A DNA stretch of 64,000 bases from Amoebidium appalachense (lineage: Eukaryota > Protista > Ichthyosporea). Positions 46,840 through 60,907 of the stretch are shown here, piece after piece; within the stretch, counting starts at the first letter, position 1, and each line of letters starts with the position of its first letter. The translations under genes were made by a program, and so were the position numbers. Under the pieces are notes generated by a model that saw nothing but the letters and a program-made list of their open reading frames with translations, was not told the DNA's origin and searched no databases. Where the stretch lies: assembly GCA_963693365.1 (NCBI GenBank), contig CAVNZM010000007.1:3085979-3149978 (forward strand). Direction: 5' to 3'.

Positions 46840-47642
46840 TTATTGGGTGTGAACTGCACTTACCAGCCACCCAATCACAAACCCCGCACACCAAGACATG
46901 CCAGGTATTAAAGAAACGAGCGCAAACCCAAACGCCCTCCTGTCAGCAACCACGTCTTCGTGCATCTTAAAGCACACCTCCTCAAACAACCGCAATCCAG
47001 AAAGCGCCACATAAGCAAAAATAGATATACCCAACGGGCCACCGTAATAAATAACCTTAAATGGTATAACAGTTAAAGCCTGGAGTGCACCTACACATGC
47101 TCCACTTAAAGATAAACACGAGATAACCTCGTTTCGTGGCAGCCAAATGGACCGCATTTGCACAAAAAACCACGTGTTTGAGGGTTTGCTGTGGCCCATC
47201 TTGGGGTTAAATATCCACACGGTACAGAAAAATGTATAAATACGGTGGAGATATTGTTCTATCACGGCTTTACAACAGCCCAACACACATACACAGCAAC
47301 GACAACTGCACCAAGAAGGAAAAGAAAAAGTGAAATAATGGAAGGGGCTAAAAGGGCGAGGGAGAAGGGAGGAAGGGGGGCGATAGAGGGGGGGGGGGGG
47401 GGGGGGGGGGGAGGGGATGGGGAGGAGAAAAGGGCGAGGGAGAAGGGAGGAAGGGGGGCGATAGAGGGGGGGGGGGGGGGGGGGGGAGGGGAGGGGATGG
47501 GGAGGAGAAGACCAACAAGGTGGCAGGCTTGAAGGTCTTCGTAGTCGGAGAGAAGGTGAAGAGGGAGCTTTTGAAAAAGGCAGGTGGGTGTGTTCGTGTT
47601 GGTGTGTGAGTGTGTGTGTGTGTGTGTGTGCGTGTCTGTGTG

Positions 47643-47708
<66 letters not shown>

Positions 47709-47712
47709 TGTT

Positions 47713-47763
<51 letters not shown>

Positions 47764-47926
47764 GAGGGAGAGGAGGGGGGGGGGAGAGAGAGAGAGAGAG
47801 AGAGAAAATATGCGGATAAAGAACGCAAGGAGGCGAGAGTGGAGGCAGGCCAAACACGGACACTGGAAACAAGGAGAACAAAAAAAGGTAGTGGTGGTAG
47901 GCGGGGCGTATGTGTGGGCAGGCTGT

Positions 47927-47983
<57 letters not shown>

Positions 47984-49440
47984 GGAGGTTATCGTGTGTT
48001 TCCGGATCTATGGCAAATCGATATCCCCAGAGAAGACGCTCGGTCGAATTGGTGGTTTGGATTCTCTGCAAAAGAACGGGAAAATCAGTGCAATAAGCCC
48101 CCCCCCCCCCCCCCCCCCCCCCCCTTCCCCCCTCCCCCGCCCTCCCCCCACCACCACCACCACCACCGCCGCCCCCCTCCCCCCCCCCCCCCCCCCCCTC
48201 CCTCTCTCCATCCCTGGCACGCCCACGCACTCACAGAGACACCTAACCCCCCATGCATATTTTAAAACATAAGAATCCCGAATACATACGTGTCTGTGGG
48301 TGGTTTGATGGTGGTGGGTGGGTGAGTGCGCTTGCGTACAAGAGCTTGTGAGTGTATGTATGCATGTATTGGATTGGATGTTATTCTTTATCTTGTTTTT
48401 TTTGGGTTGTGTGTGTGTGGGGGGGGGGGGGGGGGGGGGAACATGCAGCGAGGTATAAGGCAGCAAACCCAATTAGGGTCAACTTAAAAGTGCTGTTCCT
48501 GCAGTAGAAACTGAAAATTCGGGATAATTCGGGAAAATTGGGTGGAAGGCATATGATTGCTGAACGTGCATATAATCATCCAGAAAAAATAAAAGGAAAA
48601 AAAGATGTAGTGGTAGTGGAGGAATAAGAACCGGAACCCATGAGTTCGAGAAGAGGCGGCGAGAATGGCTTCGAAAGAAGGTAATCAAAACCAAGACTAG
48701 AAAACGCGAAGGGGTAGAGGAAAGGAGGGGAGTGGGATAAGGCTCGAGGAGGGGGGGGGAGGGGGGGGGGGGGGGGGAGGAGGAGGGGGAGGGGGGGAGG
48801 GGGGAGGGGGGAAGGAAGGACACACATACTGAGTGTTTGTGGGACGGAATGATTGCAATCTGAACGACTGTACAAAAAGATGAAAAGAAAGGGAGGGAAA
48901 GACAGAAAGAGGAAAGGAAGGGCCCACAATGGGAACGGAGCAATGCACAGAAAAAAGGGAAAGGGGAAAGGGGGGATTCTGAATTAGAGGCAAAAGAGGA
49001 ATGTGGAGAAGAGGGGAATTAGAGAAGGGAAGTGGCGGGGGGGGGGGGGGGGGGGGGGGGTTGCCAGGAGGAGCCCTGGGGGCGCCGAGGGGGGGGGGGG
49101 GGGGGGGAGGCATACAAGGCATACAGGATACAGGGAGCTTTTCACTGGTGGCGAGGCTCAAATGTAGGAGAAGGCGAATATGTAGATGGGTTTGGAGAAC
49201 AGAGGGGCAACAAAGAAAGACGAAAAAGGGGTTAAGGATGGAAAAAACTTAGCCGGAAAAACTCGTTGAAATGTTGGTGCAGTATGATAAATAATGTGGA
49301 TTTTTATTAGTGCTGGTTTTCGATGGAAATGGGGGCGAGAGAGGGGTGAGGAGGGGGGGGGGAGGGGGGGAGGGGAGGGGGTTTGGATGGGCAAAGGGGG
49401 TGGGGGTGGTAGGGAGAGGGGGAGGAGGAGGGCGGCCCCG

Positions 49441-49479
<39 letters not shown>

Positions 49480-49570
49480 GACTATGTTGAAGCGAGAAAG
49501 TGAGGCAAGTGAAAAAGTGGAAAACTAAGTTGCCACTGGTGGCTCGAAGGGAAGAGAGGAACAGGGGCCA

Positions 49571-49618
<48 letters not shown>

Positions 49619-50055
49619 AGAAAGGGAGGGAGGGAGGAATAGTGGGAGGGGGAGATGGAAGAGGAAACACATGGGCAAACGAGGGTCGGAGAGCAAGGCT
49701 GTGGAAGGGAGGACCATGCACGTGCAATGCGCGCCTGAGAACAACTTTGTTGCAGACCAGATCATAGAGAAAAACCAAACGAAGTAAAACCGTGAGTCTC
49801 ACAACACAGAGGTGATGACGGAACGATGCGTGTTTGTGAAAGTTCGATGCTGGGTGGGGGACACATGAGTTATGAACAGCATCTAACGGCAAAACCGGTT
49901 GAGTACTTACCTCTTTCTCTCTCCAAGTTGCGTTGCTCACGATACTTGCTGTCAGACCCTAGAGTAGAACCAGCCCATTCTCTTTCTATTGCAACTGGGC
50001 CCCTGTCACTTGTGTGCATATGTTCGTCGTCCCTACTCTCCAACTGCCAGACCAT
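46840..50055 (-). CDS. Putative multi-exon membrane protein; internal exons unresolved, possibly decayed
   Basis: First exon ATG 50055 to a strong donor |gtaagt at 49910. Terminal ORF of about 140 aa ending at 46840 with 3-4 hydrophobic segments (SLSGACVGALQALTVIPF, GPLGISIFAYVALSG, AFGFALVSLIPGMSWCAGFVIGWLVSAV). Intron-style C/CA tracts lie on the minus strand between them. Confidence 0.4.
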
Positions 50056-50500
50056 CGGGACTGTCGTATCACCTTGAGTGCATTTCGGTCTACGTATAAC
50101 TTCGAGTGAACAAAGTCTCGTTCTCCGTAGAAAAGAAAACAGTCAAGTAAGGCCGGTATGGGAAAGGCCAGCCCACCCTGTGTGTCTGGTTTTGGGTTTT
50201 TCCGAAATATCCCTTTTTGTTATATCTCGTTCAACACTTGTCTCCTCAGACTTCACCCAGTTTCCTGATTTGTGATTGGATAAGTTTGCATCATAAGGAA
50301 TTTCTGGACGCGGGCCAATACAAACTCTTGCATGAGCTCTACGTACGTATGTATGTGCGCTGGAGGTGGCCGTTGGAGCAAGCTATAGCTTCCTGCCTTT
50401 GCTTTTCTTACGATTATACTCTAATAGAAACTAGAAGAAGTTAGTTTGGCCTCTCACATATGATAAAGGTGATGTCACAGACTGAAAAAGGTTTTAAAGG

Positions 50501-51108
50501 CAGGGATGTGTCGGGTTGGGTCGACCCGAGAACCAACCCGGCCGGGTCGGCGTTACCCAACCCCGACCCGGGGCATTTTTGCTCAAACCCGGTCGGCTTT
50601 ATGACCCGGCGGGTCAGACCCGTACCCAGCCCGACCGATGGCTCTGACCCGGTCAGTTCCCGCCGGGTCAGGGTAAAGCATGATATAATAACCATAATAA
50701 GTAGTACATTTGGATTGATAATTGGTTTTCAGGGATTGCACAGTGAACTAATAACAATACAGTATTTTAATCATGTCCATGTATGGTAGTATAAACATTG
50801 CCGAGGCATAGTTAGTAACTTAGCTACAGTAGTAGAGTACTGAGGCTAGGCTAGCGCTTTAATATAAAAAGAGAAAGAAAAGAAAAAGAAAAAAGAGAGA
50901 GACAATCGTAACTGCTGTGCACGTTACGTTGTGTTTGCTTTAGTCACCACTACCAAGCTCTAAAAAATCAAGTAAGCCGCAAGCACACGAGCACTGTCTG
51001 TTCACATGTAGACACCATGCGTGGAAAAGCCACACACACACCGCGAGCACATGTGCACACACACACAGCACGCACGCACGCAAGCATATCACACACACAC
51101 ACACACGT

Positions 51109-51146
<38 letters not shown>

Positions 51147-51346
51147 ATACATGTCCACACGGCCAGTCCGGGCGAACACCCGAGGTTTGCGCATTTGGTA
51201 ACCCGCGGGTCAACCCGATCACAAGGGTCCAAGACCCGAGTACCAACCCGGTCCGGAGCGAAAAAAAGACGACCCGGCCCGAGACCCACCCGGCCTTTGC
51301 GTAAACCCGCCCGAGACCCACCCGGCCAGTGACCGACACATCCCTG
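50501..51346. mobile_element. Non-autonomous hAT-type element, family 1, copy 2
   Basis: Same 14-bp TIRs as 22142-22982, with a different 8-bp TSD, TTTAAAGG. Confidence 0.93.
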
Positions 51347-51879
51347 TTTAAAGGATTAATGAAAAGGAGATGATTGGGTACGTGCGCATCGCCAAGGGCG
51401 AATGAAATTCTGTCTTCTTGCGATTTTGCCGGGTCTCAGTCTCGGACCGTCACCACGTCACGTGACACCGCCCTCGCTGGCTCGTCTGGAGTAATATGCT
51501 TCCTGTCACACCCGCAGCCTGACTCGGACAAAAAGCGACATTTTATGTATGTTAAAAGATGTTGTCAAAAAAAATCCGCTATGGTAGACACTATGATTCC
51601 GCATAGAAAGTATTCAGAAGCAACAGCTGGCCCGAGTCCGCACTCAGGTTTTGATGATATGTCCGGTGCTACAGCTGCGTGACAATACCAGCATTTGGTT
51701 CGCCCGATGCGCACCCATCTTAATCTCCCTAGATCGGCAGTGTACCGTTAGTCACGCGGTTTGTGGAAGCCAGCCTTCCGCAACACTATGGCCCACATGC
51801 AGTTCACATAACTCATGTTTAGCACCACGCAGAAACACGCTCGTCTCTTTTTTTATACCTCTCTTTTGAAGACTTCAAA

Positions 51880-52593
51880 ATGGCCTCAGGAAAAGCACTC
51901 ACTCTGGCCGCATGTGCCGTGGGAGTTTCCTCACAGCTCCTCACCAGCACTCACACACAGGTGGTGGAGCTAACAGCACACCTGGGCGAGGCTTGCCAAC
52001 CCCACCCACTCAAACCCACTCTTTTCGACACTGAATATGACAAGTGTCACGTTGTTGCAGATGCAACTGGGAATAAATACAGCCAGCAATACGTGTTTGT
52101 GAACGGTGATTATAACCTCTACAGGTATGACACTCCGAACTGCCAGGACACCCCAAAGACAGACACTCTCCAACTTGAAGTGGGTGTGGGTGGAAATATT
52201 AATGGCGTCGGTGGATGTCAGGCGTACTCGAGACCTATGGATGCGGACATTGTAAGCTTCTGCGTGCGTGTTTCCTTAATCATGGTTTTAGATGAGGCCT
52301 TTCCCGGGTCTTTCGAAACAGGTCCCTAGTTTAACTAGAATAATCAATGACATGGCGAGAAAGTACCCATAATGTAGGATACATGGATAAAAGTGTGCCA
52401 CGCGTACGGGGGCCGCATTGCAGATGCTGTTGATGAAGGAAAAACAAATAAAAAAACAAAAAAAGAGATAGAAGTCCAAGCAAGCAGTCAAAAAAACAAC
52501 CAAAAAACAAAAGGCAGACAAAGAAAAGTGAAGAAACAAGCAAACAAAGCATCGACAAACAACTCGAAACAAAGAAAGATTGTCAAACGTCTG

Positions 52594-52630
<37 letters not shown>

Positions 52631-52908
52631 CACACACACACACACGCCCTCCAGTCCCCCCCCCCCCTCCCCCCCCCCCCCCCCCAAAAAAAAAATAATA
52701 ATAATAATAATAAAAAATAAAAAGATAGAAATTAAAATAAAGGTAAATCGGGATCCTGTAGTACTACAGGATCCCGGGGGGGGGGGGGGGGGTTGAGAGA
52801 GAGAGAGAGAGAGAGAAAGGGGGAGGCGGGGGTTGTATGCCTTTTAGGATAGCTACATTGCCTTCCAATGCAATGACATGTTTTGCCGTATATATAGTCC
52901 CGGACGTG

Positions 52909-52983
<75 letters not shown>

Positions 52984-53410
52984 CACATGTGCGTGCCTTA
53001 ACTGGTACCCGTCTTATTGAACGCGTGCAAAAGCTGGCCGTGGCAACCAATAACAGCGATTACAGTCTCAAGCAAACCCCTAGTCGGTAAGGGCCTATCA
53101 TAAACATTAACAAACAAGCATTGGTGAACCTATCCCGCAAACTAATTTCTAAAACCGTTTATGGTTATGTCGGCCATTTTCAGTATAGATACATGCAATA
53201 AACGATGAAGGAAATCCGTTAGGCACCTACGGAGGCACATGTATGATCAGTGCTGTGTGGCTGTCGTTCCCTCCCTTTCTTCCCCCATTTCCTCCTCTCC
53301 CTTGTTTACCACGTGACACCCCCAGCCCCCTTGCCCCCCCACACACAGCACTAACCATTAAACTCCCCCCTCCTCCCCCACCCCACCCCCTCCTCCTCCC
53401 CCCCCCCCGC

Positions 53411-53459
<49 letters not shown>

Positions 53460-53517
53460 GACGCAACCAAATTGGCTTTACAACCCCATCACTTCGTTCT
53501 TGCCGTTTCTGCCCTGA
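51880..53517 (+). CDS. Small secreted Cys-containing protein (exon 51880-52251; probable exon 2 at 53461-53517)
   Basis: Signal-peptide-like MASGKALTLAACAVGVSS and a C..H......TEYDKC....A.G...SQ pattern shared with the gene at 56907. Donor |gtaagc at 52252 and a (CA)n-cgcag acceptor at 53460 give TQPNWLYNPITSFLPFLP*. Confidence 0.65.
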
Positions 53518-54215
53518 GAGGCTCTATGTCTTTGTCTCATTTTTAAGTTTTTGGTGGAGGGTTGGAGTTGGGGGCAGCATTTCTTTTCAAGGGCTGAAAG
53601 TGTGGGGTGTACTGTACGGTGGGAGGGGATAGTTTTCTGAAGTATCTGCGTGGGTGGTGGGGCCATTCCATGTACGCATGCCCCCCCCCCCCCCCCCCCC
53701 CCCCCCCTCCCTCCCCTCCCCCGGGAGGGTTTATTCAAAATCTTTGTTTTGTGCAAAGTTTACCGGTTCCTTGCCAAATTTACTCCAAAAACCTTGTTGC
53801 TATATTCATACCTTTTTCTGTTTCTATGGAGTTCCCTGCAGAGTCCATGCCCACTCTTTCATTATTGATATCTAAGAATCTCTCACCCGTGGATTATGAC
53901 ATGACATCATAGTATCATATATCCGCTACGGCAAACACCACCTCTACCCCCCTCCCCCCACGCCCCCTCCCCCTCCCCCCTCTTTACCCCCCCCCCCCCC
54001 CCCCCCCCCATATATATATATATATAGTATATATATACTGTATATAATAATAATAATAAAAATAATAAAGACTTAGTAAAAACTTTGCACGTGCACACCA
54101 ACACACCCAGAGCACCTATCGGGCAACGTTCCTATTTCCACCCAGTTTCCCATATTAGTATGTTGGTTCTTTCGTTTGTTTTTTTTTAACCTATTTTTTT
54201 TCTTTCTTTCTTTTT

Positions 54216-54246
<31 letters not shown>

Positions 54247-54634
54247 GGGGGGAGGGGGGGGGTTAAGGGGGAGGAGGAGGGTGGATGGTGTGCATGCCCT
54301 TATGCGAGCGTTTAAAAAGTTCCCGGGCAGTATTGGCATGCGTGCTGGTAGGTGCACCTGTGTCCCCCCCCTCCCTTCCCCTCCCAGGTGTTGGTGTATG
54401 TGTAGGAAGAGGTTTAACAGGTTCTTTGGAACGTGAATGACCTTAGAGAAATAGACAGGCACGTGTAGATGGAGAAGGGAGATAGGTCGATGGAGTTGGG
54501 GTGATTCACAAACACTTTGAAGGGGTTGGAGGGGGCGTTGGCTTCGCGGGGGGGGGGGGGGGGGGGGGGGGGGCGGTCGCAGGCGGGGGAGGGGGGGGGG
54601 GGGAGGAGCGCAAGAGGTGATGGAAGCGTTGGGC

Positions 54635-54741
<107 letters not shown>

Positions 54742-54763
54742 GTGTCCCTGTCTGTGTGTGTGT

Positions 54764-54854
<91 letters not shown>

Positions 54855-55366
54855 GCTTGTGTGTGCACATGTATGACATTGTATCTGTGTGGGTGCGGCG
54901 TGCTGGGAGGAAGCGGAATAAGGGTGGTGTGGGTGGGTGGGTGGAGGAGGAGGAGGAGGGGGAGGGGGGGGGGGGGGGGGGGGGTATTAGCACAGCATTG
55001 ACTCCAACCTTGCCAAGAGGAGCTGAACACAGTCCAGCATTAATGTATTTCAAACGGTACGTTATCAGTTTGGTAAAGTTGTGCACACTCAATCTTTCAA
55101 AATCGACTATCGACTATGTACAAAGTGTTGTTCAAAACTAACGGCGAGGAAAAGCCTTTTCAAGAAATTTCTAAAGATTGGTACAGTTCTAGTATCACGG
55201 GATTCCCATTCACTTTTTGCAAATCAAAAAATGTACCTCATTATCGATTGCAATGCATCGCACTACCACATGGGCCACTACTTTAGTGATCACGTGCAAG
55301 CAGCACGCGCCTAAGGTTTCAGTCAAAAATTCCCTGTCACCACCCCAACCCTCGCACATCCTATTT

Positions 55367-56907
55367 TTAGAACACCGACGCAACCAACGCCGAGAAAATC
55401 GCCGCGGCAATCGCCAAGCCGCCGTTCGCCCGCACATTTGCAGCGGCCGTACTGGGAATAATAGCCGAAAGGTCGTTTCCGTTGTTCCCGTTAGCTGCAG
55501 ACGCACACCCGTTCCCACCATCACACGTGATTTTCATCGACATCGGCGCCTGTCCAGCTGTAAAAGCCACAGGTCCCATACACTTGTTTACTGGGATTGA
55601 GCCAGCAAGAGCACTATACGCAAAGACGGTGCACGAGGGGTCGGAGAAAGTTTGGAACACGGCGTTCCCGTTGTCAATAATCACCTTCATGGCGGCTGTG
55701 TTGGCCATGATCGCCTGCCTGTCGCTCGCCGGCACGCGGTTGAACGTGTCGGGACCAATGGCATCACCGATTGTCGTGCATACGCCCTCCTTAAAGTTGA
55801 CCTTAACTGATGCACCGAATGCGCCGGCGGCTGGGTTCATTGTGCAGTTTGCGTTAAAGGTGACGTCGACTGTGAGTGTTCGTGGGTTACCGGAGGGAGT
55901 TGCGAAGGAAATGTCACGGCCCAGGCCCTTGGCAGAAACTGAAGCAGGGGTTTGTGGCTGTGGGAAGACGAAAGTATTTCGTTAGTTTTCTATCTGGAAA
56001 AAAAGGAGGGAGGGGGGGGGGGGGGGGGGGGTGCGAAAGCGCGAAACTATGTACGTTGTGAAACACACAGTATCTCATACGAAAGGATTGTTTGGCCACG
56101 GCCGGTGAAAAGGATAGCCAGCTATCAAGTCTGTGTATCTTTCTCGTTATAGCAAGAATAAGGTCTTGGGAAGAAAGGATGCCCTTTAATGGTGTGCATA
56201 ATTCAACAAACTCTTAAACACACGATGAGTAGAGTTGTGTGTGACTGGTGATATACCGGTTATTCGGGGAAAAAAACATTGTATGTTCTACAAGTGAACG
56301 GACCCCACGAGCACCCCACGAGCATTCAATGGTAATATAATAAGCAATATCTGTGAGGTTGCAGTAGTTTTTCTGCAAGTTTGAGCTGTGCAACACAAAA
56401 GATTTTTTGCAGCACATATATGTACAGACTTCACTGCAAAAAGTATCGAGAACAGTGGTTCAAAGGTAGCAAAAAAACGTCAGTAAAGTGCAACTAGTGT
56501 AGTCATGTAGCAGAAGGACAAGAACCCAACGAAGAAGAAAAGTAAACTAATCCAGGTGATAAGGAATACAAACACACTCCACCTACCAGGTTTGCATCAA
56601 ACGGCCCGGCGAACGTAGCGCATGAGCTGTCCGTGGAGACGACCTGCTCGGTGCCAGCGCCTGCACACCCGGTGGTCTCAAAATCGACCACGACCAGTTT
56701 TCCGTCCCTCAGCGTGTGCATCTGGCTCACCTGCCTGCCCGCACCATTCTTCACATCGAAGCACCTGTTGTATTCTGTGGCAATGAAACCTGCCCCCAGT
56801 GCGTGCGTGGCACAACCATTGTCTGTCCCTGCTGTGAGTTTGACTGTTTCGGCTGATACACCACTGACCGAAGCGGCAGCTACTACGAAAGTTGCGAACT
56901 TGGCCAT
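55367..56907 (-). CDS. Probable GPI-anchored/cell-surface Cys-containing protein, about 303 aa (exons 56907-56587, 55957-55367)
   Basis: Signal peptide MAKFATFVVAAASVSGVSA, a phase-0 intron (|gtaggt ... cccacag|), and a C-terminus of small residues followed by a hydrophobic tail ending at the stop (STAAANVRANGGLAIAAAIFSALVASVF*). Confidence 0.78.
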
Positions 56908-57750
56908 TTTTTCTTACTAATCTATAACGAAAATTGGTATGTTTTTCTTACAGCTGCAGTACGCGCAGGGCGGAATGGTTTGGTATCAAAGTGTTTGAGC
57001 GAGGGAAGTATGAACGAAATTGAATGGGCTCGGCAACTGAAGGGCTCAGGGCTTCAAACGCGGGTTTTATAGTGAATCTGAGGAATTCAATTTCTTGATC
57101 TGATTGGTTGAAGATGCTGATAATCAATTGCTTCTACACGCAGCATAATCCACACCCTCCACAGTTGATCAAAGTGCAACACTAATATTATAGCGCATTC
57201 ATGTATAGACGTTCTTTTTTAAAAATTTTCCTATTCTTTTTCACATACAATAGCTAGTAGAACAGTTTTCTTATTATAAAAACCGGAGGGTTGTCACAGC
57301 CTGAAAAGGCATGATGCAGTCGTGTGGGCATTGCCCAGATCTTTTCTAGATCTGCCCTCCTCTGGTGTCAGGATCCAGCCCCGGATTCTCCGGTAATTAT
57401 GAGATTCGAATATCGGATTCGTGGGCCGGCGGTCACCCCATGTGGCTGTGTGCACGCTGTCTTTGCTCAATACACGCAAAAACAATTTCTTGAATATTTG
57501 ATTCACTTATTATTTTTTCATAAAAGTAAAAGATGTTGAAATGCAATACTGTACATGTAGCCCACATGATTTGCAGCTGTCAGTGTTCCGTGTCTATAAA
57601 TAGCAGCAATACCCGGTAAATTTAGTGCGGAAGTAACGTTGAAGTGCTGGTACCTCCCGAGGATAAACATATCCGTTTACACCTAGGCTCAAAACTCTGG
57701 GTTTAGTGCCTAAATACTGTAGATGATAATAATTAGGAAAAAATAAACCT

Positions 57751-57797
<47 letters not shown>

Positions 57798-58080
57798 TTT
57801 CGCTTGTCCCGCATGCGGGGAGGCTCTACAAAGGAACGTTATCAACTTCGGGCAGAGTGAGCGTCCTGAATAGATCTAGCCATCTATCAAGCAACCAATC
57901 GTTTTTCGATAATAGTTTTGTTGTCACCAATCACCTGTCGCCAACAATTTTAGAACAGATGTGATGATAGGGAACTCCGCTGGACCGCTTGGCCTAGAAT
58001 TCTGTGTTGTTGTCTTCCTCGAGTTCTTCCCGCTTGTTCTATTTTTTTCCCACCCCTTTTACATGTGCGTGCGTCTGTGC

Positions 58081-58173
<93 letters not shown>

Positions 58174-58210
58174 GGTGGGTGGGTGGGTGGGTGGGTGGGT
58201 GTGGGTGGGT

Positions 58211-58247
<37 letters not shown>

Positions 58248-58392
58248 CGCATGTTTTTTGTGTGCGTGTGTGCGTATGTACGTGTGCATGTGTGCGTATG
58301 TGCTTGTGTGCGTGTGTGGGCATGTTTGCATGCCGTTTTTCTTTTCCATCCTCACCCCTTTTTTCACCCCTTTCACAGGTGTGTGTGTGTGC

Positions 58393-58473
<81 letters not shown>

Positions 58474-58627
58474 TGTGTGTGAGTGCGTGCGTATGTGCGT
58501 GTCACAGTTTGTGTATGTGCGTGTGTGCACTTGCCTCTGTGCGTGTGTGCGTGCGGATGTGCGTGACATGTACATAGGGTGTACATATCATGTGTCTGAG
58601 CCTGTGCGTGCGTGCGTGCGTGCGTTC

Positions 58628-58696
<69 letters not shown>

Positions 58697-59090
58697 GGTG
58701 CGTGGGCGTGTACGTACAAGGCCAGGGAGAGGTAGCTGGACACGCTGCCTACTACTACGGTGCTCTTGTGCCCGTGACATGTGGTACATACTGCCATGGG
58801 TTGTGCTGGTGCGGCAGTGGCGGCTGCCACTCTGTGTGTGTGCGTGTGTGTGCGTGTGTGTGCGTGCGTGTGTGTGTGTGCGTGCGTGTGTGCGTGAGTG
58901 CCACTGGGTGTGCACACGCGCTGGGGGGCGGGGGGCGAGGGGGCGAGGGCGGGGATGGGGGGGCGGAGGGGGGGGGATTTTTTTATGGGATGTGGCAGGA
59001 AGTTTTACCTTTCCATTTTTTCTTTTTGTGTCGGGGCAGCACAGCAGGGGGGATGGGGCCGGCCCAGGCGGGTGCGGGGAGGGGGGAGGG

Positions 59091-59128
<38 letters not shown>

Positions 59129-59808
59129 ACCGTACCCCATGGATTTTTCTGGTGGGTGGCCACATTATTACAATACATATGCGGCTTCGCGAGCCGTCAG
59201 TGTTTCGAATAAAAACCTGCATAGCCTGGTGGATGGGAAAAAGGTGCATGTGCAGTCGCTGATGTTTGTGCTCCCTTTTACTCGAATAGTAATACATGAT
59301 CACGCGCACCTCCCATGACCTACAGTATCACTTTATGTTACCGATTTTATTTCTGTTGCCTTCCACATACTCGATAAAGACATCAACCTGCACTATTACA
59401 TAGCACACACATCCATTCAACCCCACCCATCAGCCCACCCACCCAACCACGCACCCACCACCAACCCAGTCGCAAACATTGACCTAAATACGATACGGGA
59501 ATTTGCGTGGGTATCAGACTGGAAAAACAAAACAAGAGCTGAAAAGGAAAGCTTAAGCCAATCTGTGATTGGCAGTTGGATTCAGCAGCCACAAACTCAG
59601 GGATTGTGATTCGAAGTAAATAGTATCCGTTAAGTTTTTTACAAAGGCAGTAATTGTTGCGTAGGCTATATGTGGACACTGCCCATACCCGTACATAGTC
59701 GCCGCGTGACAAATACTTACAGTGGAAGCCCCGATAGTATTCCCAAGGGGAGACTCCTCAATCTAATATGATACAAAAACTTTATGGGGTGGGCCGGGGG
59801 GGAAGCTT

Positions 59809-59856
<48 letters not shown>

Positions 59857-60196
59857 ACACACACACACAACTTGTGGCACCCACCCACCCACCCCACCCA
59901 TCCTCCCTTCCCACTACGCATCTAGCCCCGGTCTCCCTCTCCCCCCTCCCCCCCCCCCCCCCCCCCCTTAAAAAAAAGAAATAATCCTTATATAAAAAGG
60001 TGAAGAAACAAGTTGAACATGTTGTTCAAAGAATAGTAGGCCCGTACCAAGGCGGCAATGGAGTAGCCTGTTGCCGAGGGTGGGGAGGAAAAGGGGGAAA
60101 GGGGGAGAGGGGGGGGGGGGGAAGAAAGCAAAATGGAAACCATTCCTTTGCACATGTACATGCGATAACCCAGAGCTCTTCGTTACTACTGTACTG

Positions 60197-60907
60197 TTAC
60201 ACTCTCCTCACCAGCACCCGCGTAAATTTCTTCATTTTGTAAGACCCGCCTCCCGCACTGTGACACTGGTTGCCGCACTTTTTGGGTCCAGTGTGCACCC
60301 CAATATTCCTCGGACAGACCCAAACCTCCTCCTCCGTTTCGAACGAACACCCCACCACCGCACCCGCATATCTCTGAGACCCATCCAGTTCATCAACATC
60401 CACACACTCCCACGGGGAAACATTCGTTGATGTTGTTTGCTGCAGCGGTGGTGGTGGTTGTGGCTTCACCTTGGCATCTTCCAGTATTGTAAGTAGCAAC
60501 GGGATTCCGAAAAACTGGGCGGAATTACGTAGGGCGAGATAGCGGTCTAGCGAGGTCTCCGTGTAGGTGAATTTGGGAAGCAGGCCAGTGCGAAGAAACT
60601 TGAGCAGGTCGGCAAATGTGTCTCCGTCGTGGTCGATGAAAAACACCTTAAATTTCTCGTTTTCTGAGTTTAAGGTGATGGTGGTTGTCTGCATGGCACC
60701 AGAGGAGCTTTCTTGAAGCGAACGGAAGAATTCCGAATTTGCTGTAAGTGTCGCTGCGTGTGTGCGAAACACTCGCTCTCCCACGCACAAACGTACCACG
60801 CCGCTGGGAGGGAAAAGGCCTAAGCATTGCTCTGGAGGTTGGGTTTCTCCCTCATGTGCGTTTTCGGAGGAGCTTGAAGATGTGAAGACATGTGTGTCAG
60901 TTTCCAT
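60197..60907 (-). CDS. Intronless BTB/POZ (T1/KCTD-type) domain protein with a C-terminal Cys/His motif
   Basis: VRLCVGERVFRTHAATL...SEFF...FFIDHDGDTFADLLKFLRTG...AQFFGIPLL fits T1-type BTB. The C-terminus contains CPRNIGVHTGPKKCGNQCH. Confidence 0.85.
   Translation of the reverse strand: METDTHVFTSSSSSENAHEGETQPPEQCLGLFPPSGVVRLCVGERVFRTHAATLTANSEFFRSLQESSSGAMQTTTITLNSENEKFKVFFIDHDGDTFADLLKFLRTGLLPKFTYTETSLDRYLALRNSAQFFGIPLLLTILEDAKVKPQPPPPLQQTTSTNVSPWECVDVDELDGSQRYAGAVVGCSFETEEEVWVCPRNIGVHTGPKKCGNQCHSAGGGSYKMKKFTRVLVRRV

Noticed and set aside
22142-51346. The two 840-bp direct repeats as LTRs or ends of a composite element
   Set aside because: Each copy has its own TIRs and its own distinct 8-bp TSD, so they are independent hAT insertions.
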